Source: a bacterium (GTDB lineage: Bacteria > Bacteroidota > Ignavibacteria > UBA10030). Taken from it: a DNA stretch of 37,285 nt. The translations under genes were made by a program, and so were the position numbers. The notes under the pieces are model-generated. The model saw only the letters and a program-made list of their open reading frames with translations, was not told the origin of the DNA and searched no databases. This document shows positions 16,872 to 26,851 of the stretch, in pieces. Position 1 is the first letter of the stretch. The number at the start of each line of letters is the position of its first letter. The DNA is taken from the NCBI GenBank assembly GCA_043803945.1, contig JAZDJN010000044.1, positions 1-37,285 on the forward strand, written 5' to 3'.

Positions 16872-19800
16872 GTGCAAGTACATATGACCGAGACCAGATG
16901 TGATCAACCTTGGGTGGGCGTACGACTGTTCTCCACCCTCCTGCTGTTTCAACTCATCGTTCCAACTTTTCTTTCAGCACAACTTGATAAACTTAACGAC
17001 TCCTGGCGATGGAGTCACTTTACTACACAAACGAGGCTGCCTTCAAACCGGATCATTGCAATCGAAGAGACAGAAGACAGTACGATTTGGGCGGCTACAA
17101 CAAGGGGAATAGCATGGTATGATGATTATCTGTGGCAGCATATCGGAATAGATCAGGGCTTACCCGATTCTATTCCAAAATTTCTTGTGAAGGTCGGGAG
17201 AGATAAAATCGGTGTTCTTTACGACAACGGTGTGTACATCGGAAACAAAAAAGGATTTTCCCCTTACACAGACTCCACCACGATGATGGATAGTATTAAT
17301 ACCTTTTCCAGCTTTGATGAAAACGATTATCTCGTTATGCGGGATATTAATCTCTATCGAGTAACCAATCGAGTCTTCAAGAAAATCAATACACCTGCTC
17401 AGTGCGTTCGCCACGTCCACTCGGTAGCAATTATTCCACATACCAATCAATTTTTACTGAATACTGTAAAAGGTATCTACCGTTTTGATGGAGAGCAATG
17501 GCATCTTCAGATACCAGTCACGATTTGGGATATTGCATCGTTCCATTTTCGAACAACAGCAAGAGGCGATGGCATCATTGCCGCTATCAATACGATGGGG
17601 TATGAGAGCTTATGGGAAATAAAAAATTGGAACACGCTATCAAAAATCCAGACTGGAATTACTGCTCAGGCCCGGTCGTTAGACATTTCTTCTACAGGAA
17701 ACATCATCGTTGCATACGAGACTGGAGTTGTGCGCATTAGGCAAGAGGGGCTTTGGCAACAAGTATCCGCACTTCCACCCGAATTAATGGCGATTCGCAG
17801 TCTCAAATTTGCTCATAACGACGACCTCTGGGTTGGTACAGAAGATGGATTGTTTCTCTTCCATGCTTCTTCCTCACGCTGGAAGAATTTCAGTTTACCG
17901 GCTCCTAACAGAAAAAATCATGTACATGAAGTATTTAAAGCATCGGATGGAGCAGCATGGCTGGGGACACGTGATGGACTCATCGTACGTGATCAACAGG
18001 GAAATCAACGGTTCATCAACTCCATTAATGGCATAGCACTTAATACTGTTACCGCTATCAATCAGGATCGTCAGGGCAATATCTGGGTAGGCAGCGGCGC
18101 CACTTTTACAGGAACGTATAAGTGGGATGGAAGGACTTGGACGCACCACACGATTCAGGATACGCCGACAAATGTGTATGTCCATAAAATTAGAAAAGGT
18201 CGTGATGGGAGTCTCTGGTTTCTCTGCCTTGGTGCTGAGTATAATGATTCCATACAGCCCGGTGCATATCATTACCAAAATGAACAATTTATTCATTGGG
18301 GAATGGACAAAGATCGTTCTTTGGGAAGAGTGTACAGCTTCGCAGAAGATAGTTCAGGCGGCCTTTGGTTCGGCAGCAATAGTGGAATAACCCGCTTGCG
18401 CGATGGAACATGGAAAAATTGGAACGATGCCGCTGGGTTAAAGGTAACTCGTACCTATGCTATAGTCGCTGATGATTCGGGTCGAATATGGTTTTCCGAT
18501 GAGAAATCCGGCCTCGGCTACATAGACAAAAAGGATCAGCCGCAATATTACGATGAATCCGATGGCTTATTAAGCAAGGAAGTGCGGGATATTCAAGTGG
18601 ACGCATCTGGTCGATTATGGCTCTCGACGAAATTAGGATTAAGTCTTTATGATCATGGTACCTGGTCATCGTTCGGCACAAAATCCGGCCTCGGCACATT
18701 ATGCCTTTGGGAAAACCTTCCATTGAAAGATAGCGTACTGGTTGGGAGTGATGGCGGCGGGCTCAACATTCTCAACCTGGCCGAAGCATCAAAGGCCCCT
18801 CGCATCGAGCGTAATGGGCAGCCAACCATTCATAACAATCTGGCGTTGATCCGGTGGGAGGTCTATTCATACCGCGGTGAACAGGATCAGAATGATATCG
18901 AAATACGATATCATCTCGATGACTCAATCTGGTCCGACTGGACAACACTGCGGGAATGGAAGGGGGACACTCTTAGTGCCGGTGACCATGTTTTTCATCT
19001 TGAAGCAAAGAGCCTGTTTGGAAAAATTACTCCTGAGGAATGCCTGATCCTGTTTTCGATCGAGCCGCCGTTTTACCTCCGAATGCAATTTTTGTTTCCC
19101 GTTGCAACGCTGTCAGGAATGTTGGCGTTTTTCGTTGTTGCTTACAACCGCCGGAGACGATCCCATGGCAGGGAATTACGAACCAGCGACGAGCGATTCC
19201 AGCTCGTCTCACGTGCAACGAATGATACAATCTATGATGCTGACCTTCTGTTAAAGAAGGTTTGGTTTAATATCGGGCTGCAAACGACCTATGGGTATAC
19301 TGAAGCGTTGCAGAAGCTCGATCTTTCCTGGTGGAGAAGTCGGATTCACCCCGATGATCTGAAAAAAACACAAGAAGCGCTTGAGACGACAATACATGAG
19401 CATGGGGCATTCATCCAGCAAGAGTACCGTTTCATGCGTGCCGACGGCCAATATGCTTTTGTCCTCGATCGTAGCTATATCATCTACCATGGGGGAATAG
19501 CGGCCCGTTGGATTGGCTCAATTATGGATATTTCCGACAGGAAAAAAGCCGAAGAGACATTGGAAAAGGAACGTCTATTACTCAGAACTCTCGTTGAAGC
19601 GCTGCCGGATGAATTTGCATTAAAAGATGTCGAAGGTAAGTTTCTTATTGTTAATAAAGAAACTGTCCGTGCGCTCAACAAGGAACGCCCTGAAGAGGTT
19701 CTCGGGAAAACAGATCAGGATTTCGTACGTTCTCCTCTTGCTGAGAGCCAGGCAGAGGATGAGAATACTATTCTTGAAACTGGGCGGCCGATGATAAACC

Positions 19801-21164
19801 GCGAAATGACCAAGATGGATCCATCTACCGGGGAGCTCCTGCGTTGTCTTCTCAGCACAAAGGTTCCATTCCTTGATCCTTCTGGAAAGACCATCGGGTT
19901 GATCATCATTAATCGCGATATCACAAGCCGGAAACAAATTGAAAATCAAGTTGAACAACAAATCGACCAACTCCAGTCACTTTACCAGCTAGCCGATACG
20001 GTCAACAGGGCACAACAAGTGGAAATTATCTGGGGGGCTGCATTCGATACGTTAAAGCGAATTTTAAAAACCAATCGCTCTATGATTCTTCTTGCTGGTT
20101 TAAATGATCAGGTATCATCGGTATCGGGCCAGGGCATTTCAGAATTGTTGAAGAATTGTTTCTTCCGGTGGATCCAGCAGCACCCAGGCTGGTCTGTGCC
20201 ACAACTGCGGTTGGTAGAAGATATCGAATTGGAGGAATCCCTTAACGAGATTGCATCCTCACTGAGAGCGGAACAAATTCGTTCTATCGGAGTGATCCCC
20301 CTTGAACATCAGGGAAAATATTTCGGTACACTTATGATATTCTATGATACTCCGCATCATTTTATTCGGGACGAGATTCAACTTGTGCAGGCGGTATCGT
20401 ATCATGTCGGATTCGCTCTTGAACGCCGTCGGGCCGAGGCTGAGCGCGATCACTTGCTCACTCAATTGAAGCATTCCCACGAACAATTGCGCTCTGTTTC
20501 CCGGCAATTGCTGGAAGTGCAGGAAAGCGAGCGGCGTGTAATTTCACGGGAGCTCCATGATCAGATAGGGCAGGCACTAACGGCATTGAAATTGAACCTT
20601 CAAATGTTCCAGCGCGAGTTTACAGATTCTGAGAGGGCCGTTCCGCTCGACGAAAGTATTACTCTCGTTGAGAAAGTGTTGGAGCAAGTCAGAACACTTT
20701 CATTAAACCTCCACCCATCTATTCTGCATGATCTCGGTTTGGCACCAGCCCTTCGATGGTATGTCGATCAAAATCTGATTAAGCATGGAGTTGCGACACA
20801 TCTCAATCTTCAGTTTGAAGAACAGAAAATGCCGGAAGATATCAAGATGATCTGTTTTCGTGTATTACAGGAAGCGACAACGAATATCATGCGTCACGCC
20901 CAGGCAGGAAATGTCTGGTTGAGGCTCCAGCAGATTGATCGGGGATTTATCTTCAGAGTGCATGATGATGGAAGAGGTTTTAATGTCCCCAGAGCACGCG
21001 CCGACGCGCTCGCCGGAAAGAGTCTCGGATTACTGAGCATGCAGGAACGAGTAGAACTTGTAGGTGGAGATTTCCAAATAACATCATCCGAATCCGATGG
21101 GACAACCATCCAGGCAGAATTTCCACTTCAATTCATTCCTGAGAGAGAGGATTACCGTGAATAA
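16872..21164 (+). CDS. Sensor histidine kinase: beta-propeller/Y_Y_Y-like sensor, TM, PAS-PAS-GAF, HisKA_3, HATPase (start uncertain)
   Basis: D..G.LW.GT propeller repeats; TM FLFPVATLSGMLAFFVVAY; IHPDD and DISDRK/DITSRK PAS-PAC motifs; SRELHDQIGQ; QEATTNIMRHA; DDGRGF. Confidence 0.9.
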   Translation: MQVHMTETRCDQPWVGVRLFSTLLLFQLIVPTFLSAQLDKLNDSWRWSHFTTQTRLPSNRIIAIEETEDSTIWAATTRGIAWYDDYLWQHIGIDQGLPDSIPKFLVKVGRDKIGVLYDNGVYIGNKKGFSPYTDSTTMMDSINTFSSFDENDYLVMRDINLYRVTNRVFKKINTPAQCVRHVHSVAIIPHTNQFLLNTVKGIYRFDGEQWHLQIPVTIWDIASFHFRTTARGDGIIAAINTMGYESLWEIKNWNTLSKIQTGITAQARSLDISSTGNIIVAYETGVVRIRQEGLWQQVSALPPELMAIRSLKFAHNDDLWVGTEDGLFLFHASSSRWKNFSLPAPNRKNHVHEVFKASDGAAWLGTRDGLIVRDQQGNQRFINSINGIALNTVTAINQDRQGNIWVGSGATFTGTYKWDGRTWTHHTIQDTPTNVYVHKIRKGRDGSLWFLCLGAEYNDSIQPGAYHYQNEQFIHWGMDKDRSLGRVYSFAEDSSGGLWFGSNSGITRLRDGTWKNWNDAAGLKVTRTYAIVADDSGRIWFSDEKSGLGYIDKKDQPQYYDESDGLLSKEVRDIQVDASGRLWLSTKLGLSLYDHGTWSSFGTKSGLGTLCLWENLPLKDSVLVGSDGGGLNILNLAEASKAPRIERNGQPTIHNNLALIRWEVYSYRGEQDQNDIEIRYHLDDSIWSDWTTLREWKGDTLSAGDHVFHLEAKSLFGKITPEECLILFSIEPPFYLRMQFLFPVATLSGMLAFFVVAYNRRRRSHGRELRTSDERFQLVSRATNDTIYDADLLLKKVWFNIGLQTTYGYTEALQKLDLSWWRSRIHPDDLKKTQEALETTIHEHGAFIQQEYRFMRADGQYAFVLDRSYIIYHGGIAARWIGSIMDISDRKKAEETLEKERLLLRTLVEALPDEFALKDVEGKFLIVNKETVRALNKERPEEVLGKTDQDFVRSPLAESQAEDENTILETGRPMINREMTKMDPSTGELLRCLLSTKVPFLDPSGKTIGLIIINRDITSRKQIENQVEQQIDQLQSLYQLADTVNRAQQVEIIWGAAFDTLKRILKTNRSMILLAGLNDQVSSVSGQGISELLKNCFFRWIQQHPGWSVPQLRLVEDIELEESLNEIASSLRAEQIRSIGVIPLEHQGKYFGTLMIFYDTPHHFIRDEIQLVQAVSYHVGFALERRRAEAERDHLLTQLKHSHEQLRSVSRQLLEVQESERRVISRELHDQIGQALTALKLNLQMFQREFTDSERAVPLDESITLVEKVLEQVRTLSLNLHPSILHDLGLAPALRWYVDQNLIKHGVATHLNLQFEEQKMPEDIKMICFRVLQEATTNIMRHAQAGNVWLRLQQIDRGFIFRVHDDGRGFNVPRARADALAGKSLGLLSMQERVELVGGDFQITSSESDGTTIQAEFPLQFIPEREDYRE

Positions 21165-21846
21165 TACCGCAACAGAACAACAAACACGCATTGTCCTTGT
21201 CGATGATCATATCCTTGTCCGTGCAGGAATCCGGTCTCTCCTCGAGCAATTGCCCAATATCATCGTGGTCGGTGAAGCGAATGACGGCCGGGAGGCAATT
21301 CGTATTATCCGGGAAAACAATCCCGATATTGTTTTAATGGATATTGCTATGACCGGCTTGAACGGCCTCCAGGCATTGGAGTATATCAACCAGCAATTTC
21401 CCTCAGTGCAGGTCCTTATTCTCTCCATGCATGCGAATGAAGAGTATGTGCTGAAAGCCCTACGATACGGTGCCTCCGGCTACCTTCTCAAAGAATCAGC
21501 GGTGAATGAATTAGAACTTGCACTGACAGCCATCAAGAGAGGGAATAAGTATCTCAGTCCTCCAATTTCACGCCAGGTCATCGATCAGTACACAAAAAGA
21601 CTTGTTGATGTGGAAGAGTCCCCCCAGCCTCCCGTCAATCCGCTCGATCAACTTACTCTTCGTCAGCGCGAAGTACTCCAATTAATCGCAGAAGGTAAAT
21701 CCACCAAGGAAATTGCCACTGCGTTGAATCTCGGAGTGAAGACCGTTGAGACTCACCGTACAGAATTGATGAGGAAGCTCAACATTCATGACGTGACAGG
21801 ATTAGTGCGTTTTGCCATTCAGGTCGGCCTTATTTCGGCTGGATGA
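21157..21846 (+). CDS. NarL/LuxR family response regulator
   Basis: LVDDH, LMDIAM, ILSMH, LTLRQREVLQLIAEGKSTKEIA...KTVETHR; GTG start with AGAGG RBS. Confidence 0.93.
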   Translation: MNNTATEQQTRIVLVDDHILVRAGIRSLLEQLPNIIVVGEANDGREAIRIIRENNPDIVLMDIAMTGLNGLQALEYINQQFPSVQVLILSMHANEEYVLKALRYGASGYLLKESAVNELELALTAIKRGNKYLSPPISRQVIDQYTKRLVDVEESPQPPVNPLDQLTLRQREVLQLIAEGKSTKEIATALNLGVKTVETHRTELMRKLNIHDVTGLVRFAIQVGLISAG

Positions 21847-21934
21847 AAGCCGCAGCGTTTATTGCGTATATATCAACGAATATAATTGTTGTTAGAGAAT
21901 AGTAAGTCGATTTCTTCCTCTTTTTGTCTTCATC

Positions 21935-21972
21935 TCAGGTGTTTTTCTTTCATTTTTCAGGTGTTTACCTGA
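21935..21972 (+). promoter_or_regulatory. Putative NarL-type regulator binding sites
   Basis: Palindrome TCAGGT-gttt-ACCTGA at 21957-21972; tcaggtgttt also present 22 bp upstream. Confidence 0.5.
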
Positions 21973-22049
21973 TACCCAACGCCTCCATTTTTGCCTACCT
22001 TAAATTTGTTGTATCACACTCATGGGGCGGTTCTAACTCAATATAATTA

Positions 22050-22502
22050 TTGGACTCTATGATTTTTCAACGCAATATTTCTCGACCAGCGACAGGCAAC
22101 TCTTCTCCCGCCTCTTTGGTACCGATCAGAGTGCTATTGATAGATGACAATTCTGATTTCCTTTCAACCGCTTCACGGTTTCTGAGGACTCAGGCCGAAA
22201 AGGAAATCGAAGTGATCGGGAGCTCTTCATCGGCAGAAGAGGGGATTGCGTTGACAAGCTTGCTTGATCCCGATGTTGTTATCATGGATTACGGTATGCC
22301 TGGCATGAACGGATTTGAAGCAACACAACAAATTAAGTCATTGCCAAAGCCACCACATGTCATCCTTTTGACGTTGTTCGATTCTCCAGAGTACCGTGAA
22401 AAGGCTCTTCATGCAGGCGCTGACGCGTTTCTGAGTAAGTCTGAATTCGGTGATATGCTCATTTCACTTATTTACCGGGTCTCTTTACACCCACCATCAT
22501 AG
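22050..22502 (+). CDS. Stand-alone receiver-domain response regulator
   Basis: VLLIDD, IMDYGMPGMNG, LLT, GADAFLSK; no output domain. Confidence 0.85.
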   Translation: MDSMIFQRNISRPATGNSSPASLVPIRVLLIDDNSDFLSTASRFLRTQAEKEIEVIGSSSSAEEGIALTSLLDPDVVIMDYGMPGMNGFEATQQIKSLPKPPHVILLTLFDSPEYREKALHAGADAFLSKSEFGDMLISLIYRVSLHPPS

Positions 22503-22803
22503 CCCAACACCCTCTTCTCGAAAGGGTGGATCAGCTTCAGGGAGGGAAAGTCCAGCAACAGGTTTGTTTCTGTGCTTTCGCTGATTCACCCTTCTCGTTT
22601 TTTACGACTCCATAGAGATGCACGTTTGCCTCTGTTTGTTCACCCTCATCATGAGTGGCGAGCTATCGGTATCAATGATCTTTACTTTCCCTCTCGCGAA
22701 GATTCAGAATCCTTTCATTCCCCAAGACATCAGTCAGAGAATTTTGAATTCTTGAATCTGACAATAATTTTGCGCACTTTTCGATGGTCAGACACGCTTT
22801 AAT

Positions 22804-22841
22804 GCCCATCCCACTCATTCAACTTCGGGCTGGGCTTTTTT
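22804..22841 (+). terminator. Possible intrinsic terminator just upstream of the hisA-like gene
   Basis: Imperfect stem gcccatccc/gggctgggc followed by T6. Confidence 0.45.
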
Positions 22842-22868
22842 GATTTTGGGGAGAGGTCATTAACACCT

Positions 22869-23633
22869 ATGATTCTGATTTTTCCATCGATAGAAATTAA
22901 GGAAGGACAGAGCGTTCAATTTGTCCAGGGTGAGTCCGGCTGCGAACGGATATATTCCGTCGATCCCATTCAGCTCGCAGTCCTCTGGCGCGGAGAGAAT
23001 GCAAAAGTACTCTACGTTATTGACCTCGATGGCGTCGTCTCCGGAACCTTGAAAAATCGGCACCTCATCGAGTTGATGGTGAAGACGGTTGATATTCCGA
23101 TTCAGGTCAGCGGCGGCTTACATGATTATCATACCATTGCCTCGTTATTTGAAGCAGATGTATATCGCGTTGTCCTCGGCTCGGCGGCGTTCCATACACC
23201 CGAATTGGTGCAGAAAATCATTCGTGATTTCGGTGCACGAAAAATCGCAGTGGCGATTGAAGCACGGGCTGGGAAATTGCGAACAGATGGTGGAACGGTG
23301 GAACATGATCAATCACCCATCCGGTTTGCAAAACAAATGAAAGATATGGGTGTATGTCGTTTCATCTATTCGGAATATTCCGAAGATGGACAGAAGAAGA
23401 TCCTGAATCTACACTCTCTTCAGGAGTTTGCCGTACAAACGAACGTACGGGTGACCACACAGGGAGGAGTGAACAGTTACCAGGATTTGATCTCCCTGCA
23501 GGCACTCGAACGATTCGGTGTCGATTCTGTTATTATTGGAAAAGCTCTCTACGAAAATAATTTCCCGTGTCAACGGCTCTGGCGAATTAATGAAAACGAC
23601 CTGCAGGACCTCAGTCCTACACGACGATGGTGA
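22869..23633 (+). CDS. HisA/HisF-family (beta/alpha)8-barrel protein, degenerate HisA paralogue
   Basis: Collinear with HisA (DP, IDLDG, PIQV.GG, RVVLGS, VIIGKALYE) but many active-site residues are substituted. Confidence 0.8.
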   Translation: MILIFPSIEIKEGQSVQFVQGESGCERIYSVDPIQLAVLWRGENAKVLYVIDLDGVVSGTLKNRHLIELMVKTVDIPIQVSGGLHDYHTIASLFEADVYRVVLGSAAFHTPELVQKIIRDFGARKIAVAIEARAGKLRTDGGTVEHDQSPIRFAKQMKDMGVCRFIYSEYSEDGQKKILNLHSLQEFAVQTNVRVTTQGGVNSYQDLISLQALERFGVDSVIIGKALYENNFPCQRLWRINENDLQDLSPTRRW

Positions 23634-23692
23634 GCACACACTTCCAACTCATCTGAACTAAACAGGATAACTTTTTCTCATCGAAATCAATT

Positions 23693-24637
23693 ATGAAAAT
23701 ATCAGTTCTCGGACATTACGCAAAAGATTTTTTCCACACCCAACCAGACGGTGAACAGGAAAGCGTCATCGAACACCCGGGTGGTATTCTCTATAGTGTA
23801 CTAACCCTTGCCAACCTGATTTCGGAGAAAGATACTCTCATTCCAATCTTCGGCGTAACGAACTCGGAATACGACGGAGTCATCGAACGGTTGAAGCCGT
23901 TCACCAACATCGAGACGAAAGGGATTTTCACCTACAAGGGAGCGGTGAACCAGGTTCATTATTTTGGGGAGTACGGATCGCATGTAGAATGCTCCAAGGA
24001 AATCGCACCCCCCATCCCCTTCTCAAAAATCAAGCAATTCGTTGATGTGGATGGAATACTGCTCAATATGGTCTCCGGATTCGATATCACGCTGGAGACG
24101 CTCGATCAAATCCGGATTCAGGCACGCGACCTGAAGGTTCATCTGCACTTTGATTTTCACTCGCTGACTCTCGGTATCGATCAGGAACAAAAAAGATTTC
24201 GCCGGCCGCTTTCCGAATGGCGGCGTTGGTGTTTTATGATGAACTCTATCCAGCTCAGCGATACCGAGGCCTCGGAATTGACTCTTGAACAATATAATGA
24301 AGAGAGCCTCATCAACCAGACGATGACATTGATGGTCAATGCTCTGGTTATCACTCGAGGCAAACGGGGAGCAACACTCATTCACCAGGAGCATAAGAAG
24401 CTCTTCCGGCACGACATAGAAGGAATCGAATCAGAGTCTCTCCTTTCCACCTTGGGGTGCGGCGACGTTTTCGGAGCGGCGTTTCTGTATAAATATTTAA
24501 AAACTCAAGATTGGCCCGCCGCAGTACTCTATGCCAACCAGGCCGCTTCAATTAAAACAAGTTTTTTCGGGACTGATGGGCTCCAGGGATTGCGTAAAAA
24601 AATGGAAGCGGACAACGGCGCTCCTTCTCAAAAATAA
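23693..24637 (+). CDS. PfkB family carbohydrate kinase
   Basis: PGG, ITRGKRGA, TLGCGDVFGAAF. Confidence 0.85.
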   Translation: MKISVLGHYAKDFFHTQPDGEQESVIEHPGGILYSVLTLANLISEKDTLIPIFGVTNSEYDGVIERLKPFTNIETKGIFTYKGAVNQVHYFGEYGSHVECSKEIAPPIPFSKIKQFVDVDGILLNMVSGFDITLETLDQIRIQARDLKVHLHFDFHSLTLGIDQEQKRFRRPLSEWRRWCFMMNSIQLSDTEASELTLEQYNEESLINQTMTLMVNALVITRGKRGATLIHQEHKKLFRHDIEGIESESLLSTLGCGDVFGAAFLYKYLKTQDWPAAVLYANQAASIKTSFFGTDGLQGLRKKMEADNGAPSQK

Positions 24638-24657
24638 TCACCAGGTCTGAGAGCTGC

Positions 24658-26046
24658 ATGATCGTTATGAAATTCGGCGGCACGTCGGTAGAAGATGCCC
24701 GTGCCTTGAACAATGTCATTCAAATCGTCGCGCAAGCACAATCCCGCCGGCCAGTTGTAGTCCTCTCTGCCATCGCGGGAGCTACGAATACCTTAATACA
24801 TTCTGCACAGCTTGCAGTACAGGGCCAAACAGGTGAATCTCGCTCTCTGTTGAACAATCTCCTGGAGCGGCACGTCTCTATTATCGATAGCCTCATCGAT
24901 CAACGATCGGCTGTTCAGGAACTGATCTTTGAAATACGCCGCAGATTTGAAGAGTTGAAAAATCTCTGTCAGGGCATTTCGATTCTCGGCGAGCTTACAC
25001 CGCGATCGCTCGACGCCATTGCTTCGGTCGGTGAGCGGCTTTCCTCTTCCATTGTCGCCCGTGCCATGGCGGAGAGGGCGATACCCGTCGAACTGATCGA
25101 TGCCCGTTCGTTCATTATCACGGATTCTGTTTTTACTGCAGCCACTCCGCTCTACGAGATTGTTAATGAAAAGGCAAAGTTAATTCTCGAACCACCGATC
25201 AGCGCCGGAAAGATCGTCGTGACCCAGGGATTTATCGGTTCAACATCCACCGGGATCACCTCGACACTCGGCCGAGGCGGCTCCGATTATTCAGCGGCAA
25301 TAATCGGTTCTGCACTTGAGGCGGAAGAAATCCAGATCTGGACGGATGTGGATGGGGTGCTCACTGCCGATCCTCGCATGGTTCCATCCTCCAAAAAGTT
25401 GAAGATTATCTCATTTCGCGAGGCCTCCGAGCTTGCTTACTTCGGAGCAAAGGTGCTTCATCCCAGCACAATTCTGCCGGCGGTAAAAAAGAATATCCCG
25501 GTTATTGTTCTGAACTCCAAACGTCCTCATTCGACAGGAACCCGGATTGTGGCAACTCCGCAGAAAACGAATGCCGTCGTAAAGTCGATTGCCTCGAAGC
25601 GGGGAATCACCATTATTAATATTCAGTCAACCCGGATGCTGATGGCGTATGGTTTTCTCGAATCGATCTTTTCAATTTTTAGCAACCATAAAACCCCGGT
25701 CGATCTTGTGAGCACATCCGAGGTTGCTGTTTCCCTGACAATCGATAACACAGCAAACCTCGAGTTGATCGTTCGAGACCTTGAACAGTTTGCCGAAGTC
25801 ACCGTCTACACCAACAAAGCGATCGTGTGCATCGTCGGCGAACAGATGCATTCAACCGCGGGTGTCGCCGACCGAGTATTCCGGGCTCTCGCGAATATTA
25901 ATATCATGATGATTTCGCAGGGGGCATCGGAAATCAATATGAGCCTCGTTCTCGATGAGACTCATGTCGCCGAGGCGGTTAACCTCCTCCATAAGGAATT
26001 TTTTGAGCCCATCCCGGCACTCGATCTTTTTGAGGAAATTGTTTAA
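24658..26046 (+). CDS. lysC: Aspartate kinase (lysine-sensitive type)
   Basis: VMKFGGTSV, GERLSS, TLGRGGSDYSA, WTDVDGV, AKVLHP; two ACT domains. Confidence 0.95.
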   Translation: MIVMKFGGTSVEDARALNNVIQIVAQAQSRRPVVVLSAIAGATNTLIHSAQLAVQGQTGESRSLLNNLLERHVSIIDSLIDQRSAVQELIFEIRRRFEELKNLCQGISILGELTPRSLDAIASVGERLSSSIVARAMAERAIPVELIDARSFIITDSVFTAATPLYEIVNEKAKLILEPPISAGKIVVTQGFIGSTSTGITSTLGRGGSDYSAAIIGSALEAEEIQIWTDVDGVLTADPRMVPSSKKLKIISFREASELAYFGAKVLHPSTILPAVKKNIPVIVLNSKRPHSTGTRIVATPQKTNAVVKSIASKRGITIINIQSTRMLMAYGFLESIFSIFSNHKTPVDLVSTSEVAVSLTIDNTANLELIVRDLEQFAEVTVYTNKAIVCIVGEQMHSTAGVADRVFRALANINIMMISQGASEINMSLVLDETHVAEAVNLLHKEFFEPIPALDLFEEIV

Positions 26047-26069
26047 GCAACCCTGAAAGTGTACTTACT

Positions 26070-26837
26070 ATGAACCAAGCACATAACCCAACTGCCCCTC
26101 CTCTCTGCCTTGCACTGATCGGTTACGGCAAAATGGGAAAAGAGATCGAACGATTGGCTCTTGAACGGGGTATCCCGATCGTTGGGAGGTACGATATCGA
26201 TTCACCCAAACCAACCGCCGATGAATTGAAGCAAATTACGGTTGGAATTCACTATGCTACTCCACAGACTGTCGTACCTCATATTGAAGAGTGGAGTTCG
26301 TATGGACAGAACCTTGTCATCGGCACTACCGGATGGCACGAACACATCGAGCGAGTTCGTTCCATTGTGGAAGAACGTCAGATTGGACTTGTTTACGCAT
26401 CCAATTTTTCCATTGGCGTGAATATTCTTCTCCATCTCATTCGCTCGGCCGGCAAACTTTTCAATCGATTCCCGGAGTATGATGTGTCTCTCGAAGAAAT
26501 CCATCATCGGGAAAAATTGGATAGTCCCAGTGGAACTGCCCTTTCCCTCGCGAAGGTTATACTGGAGACCGTTGAACGGAAGAAAGAAATCCTGAACACT
26601 TCCCCAATCGGAAAAATCAAGCAGGAACAACTCCACATCAGCTCATCGCGGGTGGGAACGGTTGTCGGTAAGCACGAAGTGATTTTTGATTCCCTTGCTG
26701 ATACCATTGAGATCTCTCATACCGCGAAGAACCGTTCCGGCTTTGCCTTAGGATCACTGCTCGCAGCTCAATGGATTATTGGAAAACAGGGTCTGTTCAC
26801 GATGGACGACGTTCTCTCTGATATACTCTCTTTGTGA
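26070..26837 (+). CDS. dapB: 4-hydroxy-tetrahydrodipicolinate reductase
   Basis: GYGKMG, VIGTTG, ASNFSIGV, EIHHREKLDSPSGTA, HTAKNRSGFA. Confidence 0.95.
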   Translation: MNQAHNPTAPPLCLALIGYGKMGKEIERLALERGIPIVGRYDIDSPKPTADELKQITVGIHYATPQTVVPHIEEWSSYGQNLVIGTTGWHEHIERVRSIVEERQIGLVYASNFSIGVNILLHLIRSAGKLFNRFPEYDVSLEEIHHREKLDSPSGTALSLAKVILETVERKKEILNTSPIGKIKQEQLHISSSRVGTVVGKHEVIFDSLADTIEISHTAKNRSGFALGSLLAAQWIIGKQGLFTMDDVLSDILSL

Positions 26838-26851
26838 ATGAAGGAATTGAT

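Noticed and set aside
16517-16952. Short ORFs between waaF and the kinase
   Set aside because: No motifs or RBS; most likely a divergent promoter region
22541-22553. GGAGGGAAAGTCC resembling the RNase P RNA GAGGAAAGUCC motif
   Set aside because: Imperfect match, and the complementary 3' P4 motif was not found downstream
22503-22868. Lysine riboswitch or His-attenuator leader ahead of the hisA-like/lys operon
   Set aside because: No L-box consensus recognised and no His-codon run in a short leader; an Rfam/Infernal scan would settle it
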